Assembly (NCBI GenBank): GCA_963733095.1
Contig: CAVTBV010000005.1
Span: forward strand, 1 to 64,000
Direction: 5' to 3'
DNA length: 64,000 nt
Origin: Candidatus Bathyarchaeota archaeon
GTDB lineage: Archaea; Thermoproteota; Bathyarchaeia; Bathyarchaeales; Bathycorpusculaceae
The stretch's first letter is position 1, and each line of letters begins with the position of its first letter. Below are positions 40,299 through 50,674 of the stretch, one piece after another. Both the position numbers and the translations under genes were made by a program. The notes under the pieces were generated by a model that searched no databases, was not told the DNA's origin, and saw only the letters and a list, made by a program, of their open reading frames with translations.

Positions 40299-40776
40299 GT
40301 TAGTCTGAAAATGTTTTGCTTTCCCTTTACGCTTATTTTTTTATTTTTTGAATAAACCATCGGAACTTTCGCAGCACCCATTTCTTTGGGGCATTATTTA
40401 CTTTATCAACCATAGAAAGTAAGCTATTGAAAACGGGTGTCTGATAAATGGGGTTAGTGGTTCTACGTCTTCGGGCTTCCGCTAATTCTTTATTGTCGAT
40501 GCGTATGCTCTTATGTGCCTATGATGAAATACACGTCAGTCGGAGCAGGGATTGGTAGTCCTGAGCCATGATGTCAGTTATACGAATTCGGAGGCACACA
40601 CGTTTCGTTTTTAAGCATAAACTCGTTAACCTATTGAAATTACGGCGCCTGTGATGACAATTGCACGAAAGTATGGAGTACAGGTTACTCTGTTTCTCCG
40701 AGATGACTTGCAGAAAAATTGGTTCTGAGGCGCTGATTTTTAAAATATAGGAAAAAAGTTGTGGGGTGGTGGTCTT

Positions 40777-41099
40777 TTACCAGCCTGCCATGCAGGGGCC
40801 ATATTCGTAGCCGTACCCATAGTAGCCGCTTTGGTAGGGTTAAGAGGGTGGACAGGGTGCTGAAACTGAACTGTTGGTTGCTGCTGGCGGAGCGACGTAC
40901 CGGTAGTTGTAGGGTTGGCTGGTTCTTAAGCCAAAGCAAGTGCCTAACCAGCCCTAGAAAACGTTGTTAAGTGCTGCTGTGTTGGGGGTTTTGCCAGTGT
41001 AGGGTTGGTTCGCTGCTATTTGGGCAGACAATAGACAACTGCAACCAGGGTTAAGACTGCAACTGCAACCAAGGTCATCATGATTTTTATTGTGTTCAT
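40777..41099 (-). pseudogene. Small secreted Gly/Tyr-rich protein pseudogene
   Basis: MNTIKIMMTLVAVAV... frameshift, then F*GWLGTCFG...YYGYGYEYGPC with in-frame stops. Confidence 0.6.
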
Positions 41100-41476
41100 T
41101 TTGTTTATCATCATATCACAATATGTTCATAGAGGCTTATTGTAGTTGGCTGAAACAAAATGAAACAAGTCAAACAAGAGAATTATCTCTTCTTCATGAA
41201 CTTTAGAGTTAAAGAACAATTGGCCTAACGCCATATGAATCGTCAAGCGCTTGTAAGAAAACTGCAACATTAACAGACTTAAAATTTGAAGATTCAAATC
41301 TCATGTTTAATTTTTGATAATTCTTTATGTTCTCCATCAATTTATCTCAAAAGCAAAATCATGTTTAATAACCACATTCTTCTTTACTTAGAATGTGCAG
41401 ACAGCAACATCATTTTTATGTGCCCTAAAAGGTTTCATGATTACGTGCCGAATCTGGGTATGTAAATTGAGGATAA

Positions 41477-42457
41477 ATGAGTATAATGCAAGTTAATATA
41501 ATAAAAGAAGGTTCTAAACCGAATCAGCGTTTAGCCGATAAGTGTCCAGAATGTTCAAGTAAAAATCTCGTTCACGATTATGACTCAGGAGAAACCATAT
41601 GTGGAGACTGCGGTCTCGTTTTATATGAACAAATGCTTGACAAAGGACCCGAATGGCGCGCTTTTACCCTCCAAGAGAAAGCCTCAAGAAGCCGGGTAGG
41701 AATGCCAACATCATATTCCATTCATGATAAAGGATTATCCACAACTATCAGCCAAATTGACCGAGATGCGTATGGAAGAAAACTACCATTATCCACTAGG
41801 TTGCAGATGTGGCGTCTTAGGAAATGGCAAATCAGAAGCCGAGTTCACTCATCCTTTGACCGCAACCTTGCTCAAGCCATGGCTGAACTTGAGCGTTTAT
41901 CAAGCAAAATAAACGTTTCACCGTCAATAAAAGAGCAAGCAGCCGTCGCCTACAGAAAGGCACTCGACAAAGGACTAGTCCGAGGCAGATCAATCAATTC
42001 TATCGTTGCAGCCTCACTATATGCGGCTTGCCGCAAAAGCGGATCACCCAAAACCCTTCGCGAAATCGCCGAAGCAAGTCTAGTGAACAAAAAAGATGTT
42101 TCAAGGTGCTACAGACTTATGCTGCAAGAACTGGATTTTCACATGCCAATAACAGATCCTTTGACATATGTTTCAAAAATAGCGGAAAAAAATGGGGTTT
42201 CAGGTAAAACGCAGGGAACGGCGATTGCAATACTTAGGGATGCCAGACAAAAACGATTTTCAGCGGGAAAGGATCCAGGCGGGATGGCTGCAGCTGCTCT
42301 CTACATAGCATGTCAACAGAATAGCGAAAAGATAACACAAAAAGACATTGCAGAAGCCGCTGGAGTCACAGAGGTTACGGTGAGAAACAGATACAAGGCA
42401 CTGAAGAAACAGCTAAAAATCGAGTTACCGGATCAAAAAATTCATCTAATTTCGTAA
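41477..42457 (+). CDS. tfb: Transcription initiation factor IIB
   Basis: CPEC...CGDCG ribbon, GPEWRAF, GVTEVTVRNRY. Confidence 0.97.
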   Translation: MSIMQVNIIKEGSKPNQRLADKCPECSSKNLVHDYDSGETICGDCGLVLYEQMLDKGPEWRAFTLQEKASRSRVGMPTSYSIHDKGLSTTISQIDRDAYGRKLPLSTRLQMWRLRKWQIRSRVHSSFDRNLAQAMAELERLSSKINVSPSIKEQAAVAYRKALDKGLVRGRSINSIVAASLYAACRKSGSPKTLREIAEASLVNKKDVSRCYRLMLQELDFHMPITDPLTYVSKIAEKNGVSGKTQGTAIAILRDARQKRFSAGKDPGGMAAAALYIACQQNSEKITQKDIAEAAGVTEVTVRNRYKALKKQLKIELPDQKIHLIS

Positions 42458-42481
42458 TTCTTATCTAATTTCGTAATTCTT
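42444..42481 (+). repeat. 19-bp tandem duplication
   Basis: ATCTAATTTCGTAATTCTT twice, across the tfb stop. Confidence 0.9.
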
Positions 42482-42587
42482 GTTTCAATTCTTAATAAAT
42501 AAAAACTCTTTTGACCTTTGAATAAACTTAGGGAACAAGCTCTAAAAGGAGAACCTACTATTTCTTTAGTTATGAGGTGATTTTGGA

Positions 42588-42719
42588 ATGAGTAAGAAAG
42601 GCGAAACACGCGAACAAGATAGGGGAAAACCTCAACCTCGGAAGAAGAAGGAAAGGGAAGAAACTCGCAAGAAGAAAAAAATGGACAGAGCTGGAAGACA
42701 ACAATCAAGGCAAGCCTAG
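42588..42719 (+). CDS. 43-aa basic peptide
   Basis: GAGGTGA RBS and upstream TATA-like box. Confidence 0.45.
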   Translation: MSKKGETREQDRGKPQPRKKKEREETRKKKKMDRAGRQQSRQA

Positions 42720-42982
42720 ATGGATTAATTTCAGCGCAGACTCATTATTTACATTGTTATTTCTTTCTCTGAATCTTCTGTTCCACGGCACAAGTATGTA
42801 TTCCTTGCATTGCAATCCAACTTAAGCGATCTCAGTCACCTAAGGAACACATTCAAAGAGATAGCCTGAATCTCCTTTACTTTCACAAGAGACTCCACTG
42901 CTTGCCCATGTTCTTTGGAGGCACTATTTAAAAACCCAAAACCGCCTTTTGCTATCCTTCGACAATAGGGAGAATTGAGAAT

Positions 42983-43705
42983 TTGAGTCAAAACATTGCA
43001 GTAAAGACGACGCTGTCTCAACCGGTTTTTCCATTAAATTTGAGGAACGTCAAAGAGGTTTTCCCTGGGTTCGCCTTGGGTGATTTTGCCGTTCTACAAG
43101 GAGCTTCGATTTCATCTTTAACATCGATGTTATGCGTAAAGGCTCAACTTCCAACTCAACTGGGCGGTTTGCAATGCAGCATTGTCTTCATCGATGGTGG
43201 AAATACCTTTAGGCTCTATCAGATAGCTCGGTTAGCACAACTTCATCAGCTCAACCCAAAAAAGGTCCTCGACAACATTTACATCTCAAGAGCTTTCACA
43301 GCCTACCAAGAAGCTTCACTTATTACACAACACTTAAAGGAAGCAATTCAAAAGTACGACGCTAAACTCGTGATAATTTCAGATATTGCAGGCTTCTTCT
43401 TGGATAAGGACATTCCAGAGGATGAAGCCCAAAGAATATTTGGACAAGTAGCGACTTTTTTGTCAAATTTTGCCCGAGAAACCCAGACGATAATCATTGC
43501 AACCTACCCCCAACATGCAGATACATCAAGAAACAACCTGCTCCACACCCAAACAATCAGAAAAGCAAATGTCGTGCTTTCGCTAAGAAGAACAAGTTAT
43601 GCGAGGCAATTTATCTTAGAAAAACATCCTTACCTCCCATCGAACATTGCTGAGTTGCCCTTGGAGGATTTGACGTTGGCTGATTATGTGGAGGATAATG
43701 CGTAA
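42983..43705 (+). CDS. Inactive RadA/RecA-like protein associated with PolB2
   Basis: VFIDGGN, ISRAFTAYQ; no GKT Walker A. Confidence 0.85.
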   Translation: MSQNIAVKTTLSQPVFPLNLRNVKEVFPGFALGDFAVLQGASISSLTSMLCVKAQLPTQLGGLQCSIVFIDGGNTFRLYQIARLAQLHQLNPKKVLDNIYISRAFTAYQEASLITQHLKEAIQKYDAKLVIISDIAGFFLDKDIPEDEAQRIFGQVATFLSNFARETQTIIIATYPQHADTSRNNLLHTQTIRKANVVLSLRRTSYARQFILEKHPYLPSNIAELPLEDLTLADYVEDNA

Positions 43706-43965
43706 TGGGCAAGACCGTGGAATCCTACCGCATGGCGCTAGAAGATGAGATTAGCCGGTGGAATAGCTTTGGAAAAGCCCTACGAATTGATGATAAGGAA
43801 GCTTTCGAGGCTTTGATGGATTCTTGCCGAAGCTATGCTTCAGCAGGAAGCAACGCCACTAACCCCATACTCTTTGAACCTATGGTTATGTCGATTCTAT
43901 TAGCCCAGCAGAAGAAGATTGGTCGTTTAGAGAAGGCTTTGGATGCAATCAAACATCAGCCCTAA
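43705..43965 (+). CDS. Small PolB2-associated protein
   Basis: MGKTVESYR...W..F.KALR..DKEAF motif typical of genes preceding PolB2. Confidence 0.85.
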   Translation: MGKTVESYRMALEDEISRWNSFGKALRIDDKEAFEALMDSCRSYASAGSNATNPILFEPMVMSILLAQQKKIGRLEKALDAIKHQP

Positions 43966-46258
43966 AATCCGCGGTTGGATATTCGACGTATACCCAACGA
44001 GCGTCGGAGAAATGGCGGTCTGGGTCATAAGCGAACATGGCCAAAGAATCAGGTTAACTGATAAGTTTCAGCCCAAAATCTATGTTTCTGGCCAAAAAGA
44101 AAACGTGGAAAGGCTGGTTGGGCGTATCTACTCGAACCCAGAAATTGCCCATTGGAACTTTGTTTACAAGTATGCGAATCCAACTGATTTTGAGAAATCC
44201 AGAGTTTTAGAGATTACTCTAAAGGATTGCAGAAAAGTCTCCTCTCTAACAAGGCAAATCCTAAGGATAGGCGATTTCTCACGCTACGAAGTTCATAACT
44301 GCGATTTGCACGGTGACAGAAGCTATTTTTTTACTCATGACTTATTTCCCCTTGCCTTCTTGGAGGTTGAAGCCCTAAAATCAGGCTTAGAGTACACTTT
44401 GATGGATTCGGTTGAAAGCATCAACTACTCCCTTCCGCCGCTGAGAATACTGCAGCTCAAAGTAGAAATCGCCAAACAAACCAAGATTGCAAACCTCCAA
44501 GACCCCATAGCATGCATAAGCCTAGAACAGGATGCAAAACAGTTAACTATCGACGTGGGCGATGAAGCAGATAAAATTTTGCAGTTGGGCAAAACAGTAA
44601 AGGAACTTGACCCAGATATAATAGTCACAACAGGAGGGGACTCATACCTTTTCTCTTATCTACTCCAGCGAGCGACTGAAAACAACTTGCAAGACAAGTT
44701 TATCTTAAGCAGAGACGAAGTTCCGCTTGCCTCAAAAAACCAACAGGGAAAAACCTTCTTTTCCTATGGACGTACATTCTATAAAGCGCCAACTACTCGA
44801 CTTTATGGGCGAGTTCACGTTGATGCAGGAAACACCTTCATTCTAAACGAAAGCAGTTTCCAAGGACTATTCGAAATAGCGAGAATCTGCAGAACACCTT
44901 TGCATACTTCTTCACGTTCATCAATCGGGTCAAGCATGTCTTCTCTACAGTTCTATCAAGCGTTCAAACAAGAGATTCTGATTCCCCGAAACAAGAGCAT
45001 CCCTGAAGCCTTCAAATCAGCCTATGAACTCCTCGTAGCCGACCGAGGCGGATTTGTCTACGAACCAAAAGTAGGCATACACGACAACACAGGAGAGGTA
45101 GATTTCTCCTCGATGTATCCCAGTTTGATGGTTAACAACAATATTTCAGCAGAAACGATCCTCTGCAAATGCTGCCCAAATTCTCATTTGCGTATTCCAG
45201 AGTTGAACTATAATATTTGTGAAAAACGAGTTGGTGTTGTTCCTCAAGCCTTGGAGCTGGTTGTTTCCAAACGACTGCAATACAAGCGATTAAAAGAATT
45301 AGTCCAGAATCCTAAACTCAAAGAGACTTACGATAATAGGCAGATTGCTCTGAAATGGATTCTAGTCACCTGCTTTGGATATTTGGGTTATAGAAACGCA
45401 AAATTTGGAACGGTAGACGGACACATCGGAGTCTGCGCGTTTGGACGAGATGCGTTTCTTAGAGCTGCTCGCATCTCGGAGAGCCGGGGCTTTGAGGTTC
45501 TTCATGGCATTGTGGATTCGCTTTGGCTAAAAAAGGAAGGTGCAACTTTAGAAGAATATGGCAGCCTCTGCAAACAGGTAAGCAAGGACATTGGGATTCC
45601 GCTCAATTTTGAGGGCCGATACAAATGGATTGTATTCTTGCCCTCAAAGCTGCATCCGAACATCGAAGTTCTAAACCGCTACTTTGGAATTATGGAAAGC
45701 GGAAAACTAAAAGTCAGAGGCTTAGAGGTTCGTAAACACGACACACCCCGATTCGTTTATGACGCTCAAATGGAAATGATAAACGTGTTTTCCACGGTGA
45801 ATAATTCGAAAGAGTTTATGCAAAAAATTCCTGAAGCGCTCAATGTTGTAAAATCTTATAGACAAAGACTAATCGATGGCGAAATCCCCATTGCGGACTT
45901 GATTATTTCTAAGCATCTATCGAAAAATCCCAAACACTACAAACAAATTGTGAGCCAAGTTATAGCTGCTAAACAGCTAATCAAGGAAGGCTCCGAAGTC
46001 CATGCTGGAAACAGCGTTAAGTTTGTTTTCACCCATTCAGGAGATAGGCGACATGAGCGCAGGGTTAAAGCAGCGCAACTAATAGAGGAAGGAACAAAGC
46101 CAGACATCAAAAAATACCTATTTTTGCTCTACTCCTCAGCTGAAAACTTACTCAGCTTTGCGGGTTACACAACCCAAACTGTCTGTGAAACAGTTTCAGG
46201 ACAAAGCCAAAAAAATCTCTCAAGATATTTTCAAGAACCCGGTGACCCTCGTGGTTAA
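43943..46258 (+). CDS. polB2: Family B DNA polymerase, PolB2 clade
   Basis: DFSSMYPS, KWILVTCFGYLGY, HGIVDS replacing YGDTDS, degenerate exonuclease motifs. Confidence 0.93.
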   Translation: MQSNISPKIRGWIFDVYPTSVGEMAVWVISEHGQRIRLTDKFQPKIYVSGQKENVERLVGRIYSNPEIAHWNFVYKYANPTDFEKSRVLEITLKDCRKVSSLTRQILRIGDFSRYEVHNCDLHGDRSYFFTHDLFPLAFLEVEALKSGLEYTLMDSVESINYSLPPLRILQLKVEIAKQTKIANLQDPIACISLEQDAKQLTIDVGDEADKILQLGKTVKELDPDIIVTTGGDSYLFSYLLQRATENNLQDKFILSRDEVPLASKNQQGKTFFSYGRTFYKAPTTRLYGRVHVDAGNTFILNESSFQGLFEIARICRTPLHTSSRSSIGSSMSSLQFYQAFKQEILIPRNKSIPEAFKSAYELLVADRGGFVYEPKVGIHDNTGEVDFSSMYPSLMVNNNISAETILCKCCPNSHLRIPELNYNICEKRVGVVPQALELVVSKRLQYKRLKELVQNPKLKETYDNRQIALKWILVTCFGYLGYRNAKFGTVDGHIGVCAFGRDAFLRAARISESRGFEVLHGIVDSLWLKKEGATLEEYGSLCKQVSKDIGIPLNFEGRYKWIVFLPSKLHPNIEVLNRYFGIMESGKLKVRGLEVRKHDTPRFVYDAQMEMINVFSTVNNSKEFMQKIPEALNVVKSYRQRLIDGEIPIADLIISKHLSKNPKHYKQIVSQVIAAKQLIKEGSEVHAGNSVKFVFTHSGDRRHERRVKAAQLIEEGTKPDIKKYLFLLYSSAENLLSFAGYTTQTVCETVSGQSQKNLSRYFQEPGDPRG

Positions 46259-46451
46259 GTTGCGCTTTAGTAAAATAATAAAACGCTGCAAGAACGGAAA
46301 ACGAATCTATCAGTACGAACAGGTCTCATTGAATTTTCCTAAAGAACTTCACGGAATGTTGCAGTGCCTTCGGAATCGACAACTCCAAATTAAAGCATAC
46401 CGAGTAGACGAAATTATCTTCATTCAGTTGATTGAAAAAGAAGAACATTAA
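46158..46451 (+). CDS. Small hypothetical protein (start probably near 46251)
   Basis: VKLRFSKIIKR...YQYEQVSLNFPKELH overlapping the polB2 stop. Confidence 0.6.
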   Translation: MRVTQPKLSVKQFQDKAKKISQDIFKNPVTLVVKLRFSKIIKRCKNGKRIYQYEQVSLNFPKELHGMLQCLRNRQLQIKAYRVDEIIFIQLIEKEEH

Positions 46452-46542
46452 AAATATATGCTATTTGGTTTGGCGCCCACCGCAATCAAAAAATCTCCCG
46501 ACTATCTGAGTATTTTACTCAGAAATGTACCCTTCAAAAAAA

Positions 46543-46686
46543 TTCTAGCCTAGAAATCGGCTTCCCTGAACGCGAGTAAAACCGACCGTTAAACTTTCGA
46601 GGAATGTTGATATTGCATCAAAAATAGCAATTTGGCTATATAAAGACAGTTTCTAAAATATTACGCAAGGTTTTTCTAGGCTAGAA
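46543..46686. repeat. Inverted pair of palindromic TTCTAGCCTAGAAA sites
   Basis: 46543-46556 and 46673-46686. Confidence 0.8.
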
Positions 46687-46773
46687 AAATTTTGCCTCGA
46701 ACAAAACTCAGAGAATCTTCACAAACAACGTAATAGGTAACATCCCAACCTGATTATTTTAAGGTGAAACAGT

Positions 46774-47031
46774 TTGGCAAAAATAATCTACAAGAGAAAT
46801 GGAATCGACCCGGCTAAAATATCAGGTCCGTATTCTCTTCTTGCAGTGATGCTTTTGGTGGCTGAAATTCTTTTTGCAATTTGGTTTTACAAATCTCAAA
46901 GTTCCATGGAAAGAACCATTGCAGGTTCAATAATAGCACTTGTTTTCATCTCTCTAATGATTTTAATTTTTAGAATGAACAGAACGTCCGACCAAAGAAT
47001 ACTAATGGATTTCAACAGCAAACCTGCTTAG
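46774..47031 (+). CDS. Two-TM hypothetical protein
   Basis: AGGTGA RBS, hydrophobic helices. Confidence 0.7.
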   Translation: MAKIIYKRNGIDPAKISGPYSLLAVMLLVAEILFAIWFYKSQSSMERTIAGSIIALVFISLMILIFRMNRTSDQRILMDFNSKPA

Positions 47032-47439
47032 TTTCTATGGATATGTAAAAAAACTGTCTACGATTCAATTAGAGGATATGAGAAACAATATCTCAGTATT
47101 TCCAAGCTTATTAGGCTTGTAGGATTGCCAAGTTTAGGATGAATATACCCAAACCTCTTCCGGTTGCGTTATAGTGTGGAAGAGTTGGGGTGATTTTTGA
47201 GTTTACCTGTTGTACAATTTCTTTTTAGCGCAACATCGGGTCGAAATAGTTATTTTAATGACATTTTTTACGTATTAACTGTCTTTGTGTACAACAATTA
47301 GGCACTTTGAGTCGTTTTAATATGCTTGCATTATGTGCAAGGGTTTATCTGGCTGTTTATTCACTATGAAGACAGTAGAAACGTGTCTTAAAAGACGCGG
47401 AAAGATTTTTGTGTTATAATTAGAGGAGAGGAGAACAAA

Positions 47440-47817
47440 TTGACAAATAATTTTCAAAACGAAGTCCAAACAAAACTCGCTAGAGGACTCTTGGAGATGA
47501 TTATTCTTCAATATTTAAACAATGAACCCATGCATGGATACCAGCTAATGACTAAAATCCGAAAAGGGTTCGGTGTTTACTTTGGACCAAGCAGCATCTA
47601 TCCAGCACTGCGAATATTGGAGAAAAAAGTCTGCGTAAAGAGCGCATGGACCATGGACTCAGAAAGACCACGGAAAGTGTACAGTCTTACAAATGAAGGA
47701 AAACGTTATCTAAGCCTTGCCCAAAGCTCACTCAATTTTATATGCAAAAACATAGTGACCGATAACAAAATCCAAATTCAAGCAGCCCCGATACTGTCTG
47801 CCAGACTAAAATATTAG
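47440..47817 (+). CDS. PadR family regulator
   Basis: PMHGYQL, SIYPAL..LE, RKVYSLT.EG. Confidence 0.92.
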   Translation: MTNNFQNEVQTKLARGLLEMIILQYLNNEPMHGYQLMTKIRKGFGVYFGPSSIYPALRILEKKVCVKSAWTMDSERPRKVYSLTNEGKRYLSLAQSSLNFICKNIVTDNKIQIQAAPILSARLKY

Positions 47818-47936
47818 ATAAGGAACTAGACTCTTATTTGTAAATCACCTGTAAGAAACTTGCAATATTTTTAAGGGCAAACTTGATCAACAAGGCGATC
47901 GCGGCAAGATGTGCCCGTGGTGGAGAGCGGCAGGTT

Positions 47937-48617
47937 TTAATGTTCAGAAACAAGAAACTCTTTAACCAACTTCGAAGCCTCACCCTTAAGAATTTCGCCG
48001 TGCCCCGGCAACATAATCTCGAAGTCTAATTTTGAGATTTTCTCGATGGACTCCCGCTCTTTGCCGGCGTCCCAAGTGAACTGTTTGGGCGCTCTCGTAA
48101 CCTTGCTGCAATCAAACCTCAACGTGTCCCCCACAAACAAAACCTTTCTTTTTGAATCAAGCAAGACGACGCTTCCAGGCGTATGACCAGGAACCTCAAA
48201 AACGGTTAAGCCCCCGATTTTGTCACCTTCCCTAAGAACAACTTCAACGTCGACTGGCGCGGGTTTGATGAACGAGGAAACTGCTCTAAAGAGCAGGTTT
48301 TTGGGTTTAGGGTAAGGTTTTTTCCCCGAAATGAAATCTGCATCCTCCACTTGAGCAGCTACTTTAGCGTTAGTTGCGTCTACTAGATCTTTAGCGCTAC
48401 CCGCATGATCCATATGGTAATGGGTTAAAATAATGGTGGAGACCTCGAAGGGTTGATGACCAATCTTTTGAATATAATCAACGATTTTCTTGGCGTTTCC
48501 CGAGGTTCCCGTGTCAACAACCACCAAATCCTTTTCGTTGATAACTAAGTAAACGTTGCTGTGTGCTATGTTACTGCTGGCGGCATCAATTTTGTCGATT
48601 CCTTCAACTATCTCCAT
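47937..48617 (-). CDS. MBL-fold hydrolase
   Basis: THYHMDHAG, GHTPG, PGHG. Confidence 0.93.
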   Translation of the reverse strand: MEIVEGIDKIDAASSNIAHSNVYLVINEKDLVVVDTGTSGNAKKIVDYIQKIGHQPFEVSTIILTHYHMDHAGSAKDLVDATNAKVAAQVEDADFISGKKPYPKPKNLLFRAVSSFIKPAPVDVEVVLREGDKIGGLTVFEVPGHTPGSVVLLDSKRKVLFVGDTLRFDCSKVTRAPKQFTWDAGKERESIEKISKLDFEIMLPGHGEILKGEASKLVKEFLVSEH

Positions 48618-48729
48618 AAAACAACCACACAACTATCCTAAACAGGAAGAGAAATGATGTATAAAAAGAATTAGAAACAATTTGTTTTATAGGCGAAGAT
48701 AAATCTAAGTTCAACATTAGTGTCAAACG

Positions 48730-49527
48730 ATGACATTAGCCGCACATAACACAAGGTTCAGGTTGCTACGAAAGAAAGCTCCGCAAATAATCGGCGCTTC
48801 AATAATTATCATCCTTGCCATCTACGTTTCTTTTGAGTTTTTAGAAGATGTACTCATCGAAGGTACACCCCTAACCAGCGGCCCCTTAGTTAGCGCCATA
48901 ATGTCCTTCACAAGCAACGTAAGATACACTGTCTCATCATGGGGGTACCTGGGAATTTTCGGTTTAATGATTCTTGAATCCAGCTCTTTGCCGGTTCCCA
49001 GCGAAGTGGTGCTTCCATTTTCTGGTTACCTGGTTTCGACAGGGCAACTTGACTTTTGGGCTACCGTTGCAGTTGCAACCCTTGCCGCCATTGTCGGTTC
49101 AATTGTAGACTACTACATAGGCTTGAAAGGTATTGAAGTGCTCACAAAACGCAGAGTTCTGGGAAGAGTGTTGTTTTCGATGGATCAATTGAAGTTTGCG
49201 GGACAGTGGTTCGACAAGTACGGGGGATTAGCGATTTTTCTGGCTCGTTTGGTTCCTGGAATTAGAACGTTAATCTCTTTTCCAGCCGGAGCTGCAAATA
49301 TGCCATTACCAAAGTTCTTGGCTTTTACCACGGCGGGTTGCATCTTATGGAACAGCCTTTTAATCTACGTGGGCTTCTACTTGGGAGGCAACTGGACCGA
49401 AGTCGCCAGCATCTCACATTACGTACTCATCGCGGTTGTTGCAGGATTTGCAGTTATGGTTGCAGTTTACTTGGTTGTGCGGAGAAGAAAAATAAAAATA
49501 CGAAAAACAGAAACTAAGTCAGCGTGA
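48730..49527 (+). CDS. DedA family membrane protein
   Basis: PVPSEVVLPFSG, RLVPGIRTLISFPAG. Confidence 0.93.
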   Translation: MTLAAHNTRFRLLRKKAPQIIGASIIIILAIYVSFEFLEDVLIEGTPLTSGPLVSAIMSFTSNVRYTVSSWGYLGIFGLMILESSSLPVPSEVVLPFSGYLVSTGQLDFWATVAVATLAAIVGSIVDYYIGLKGIEVLTKRRVLGRVLFSMDQLKFAGQWFDKYGGLAIFLARLVPGIRTLISFPAGAANMPLPKFLAFTTAGCILWNSLLIYVGFYLGGNWTEVASISHYVLIAVVAGFAVMVAVYLVVRRRKIKIRKTETKSA

Positions 49528-50539
49528 TTATCTTCGGCTTAACTTCCCCTTCAATCCCGAGGGCTTTGGCTTCTTTCACTTGCATCATGCAATCCACATC
49601 AGAAGCATCATTCAGCACCTTGTAATCAACCATCGATAGGAAAGCAGCATCGATAGATACTGGCGACTTAGAAGCAAATATACCCACATCTTGGAACACT
49701 ATTTTGCCCGGGTTAGGTAAACAATCGCAACCCTCAGCTATGTCCTTTGCAAAGCTCATGTAGGAGACTTTTTTGGGTTCGAACGTGGATAAGACACCAA
49801 AAGCGGCAGATGCCAGTGCTTTGCCAAGGTTTTCTTTATCAACAAAACTGATAGCCTCCAACGGGCAGGCTCCTATACAAATTGGGCAACGCATACACAG
49901 CGGCGAGTTATTATGGGCTTTTCCCTCGATGATTTCAGGAATGTCAGCGGGGCAGGCTTCTTTGCATTTTCCACAGCCCACACATTTTGATGTATCGATT
50001 TTTAATCCAACGGTTCTGTGTTGACGAATCTTTCCATCTCTTGGTGTGCAACCCATGCCCAAATTCTTTATGGCGCCGCCGAATCCGCTGAGCTCATGTC
50101 CCTTGCAGTGTGAGACGACAATCATGGCATCAGCTTCAGCGATGGCTCCTGAAACTTCAATTTCTTTTAGGATTCCCTTGGTTTTTATAAGCCTAAAGTT
50201 TTCGCTCTTCAGTCCATCTGCAACGATGAACGGCGCCATGTTGAACCCGTTCATCAGTGCCGTATGCATGTGGTCGTAGGCGTTGTTTCGTTGCGCGTGG
50301 TAGGCTGTGTTGGAGTCTGTGAGGAATGGTTTGCCGCCTGCATCTATAACTCTACGAACGATGTTATGGATAAAGCATGGTTGCACATAGTAGGGGTTCC
50401 CTAATTCGCCCACATGCAACTTAACTGCTACCAAGTCACCTTTCTGTATACAATCGAAGGTTCCTGCTTCATCGTAGAGGCGATTTGTCTCTTCAAGCAA
50501 GTTACGGCTGGTATCCCATGGAACTAAATGAACAGTCAT
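49514..50539 (-). CDS. DUF362 Fe-S protein with ferredoxin domain
   Basis: VKLHVGE, GGAIKNLGMGC, CxxCxxCxxxCP twice. Confidence 0.9.
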   Translation of the reverse strand: MTVHLVPWDTSRNLLEETNRLYDEAGTFDCIQKGDLVAVKLHVGELGNPYYVQPCFIHNIVRRVIDAGGKPFLTDSNTAYHAQRNNAYDHMHTALMNGFNMAPFIVADGLKSENFRLIKTKGILKEIEVSGAIAEADAMIVVSHCKGHELSGFGGAIKNLGMGCTPRDGKIRQHRTVGLKIDTSKCVGCGKCKEACPADIPEIIEGKAHNNSPLCMRCPICIGACPLEAISFVDKENLGKALASAAFGVLSTFEPKKVSYMSFAKDIAEGCDCLPNPGKIVFQDVGIFASKSPVSIDAAFLSMVDYKVLNDASDVDCMMQVKEAKALGIEGEVKPKIITLT

Positions 50540-50674
50540 AGTAATTCCTCACATGTTAATGTAGCATAGTTTAGGCGGTATAAGCTTTAGCATTCCATAA
50601 TATTGGTCGGAACATTTTTACTAAAGCAAAAGTAACTCAATAAAAACGGATTCAGAGTTTTCAGGTAGTCAATC

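Noticed and set aside
42444-42481. 19-bp duplication as an insertion target duplication
   Set aside because: Copies are adjacent with nothing between them; simple slippage suffices
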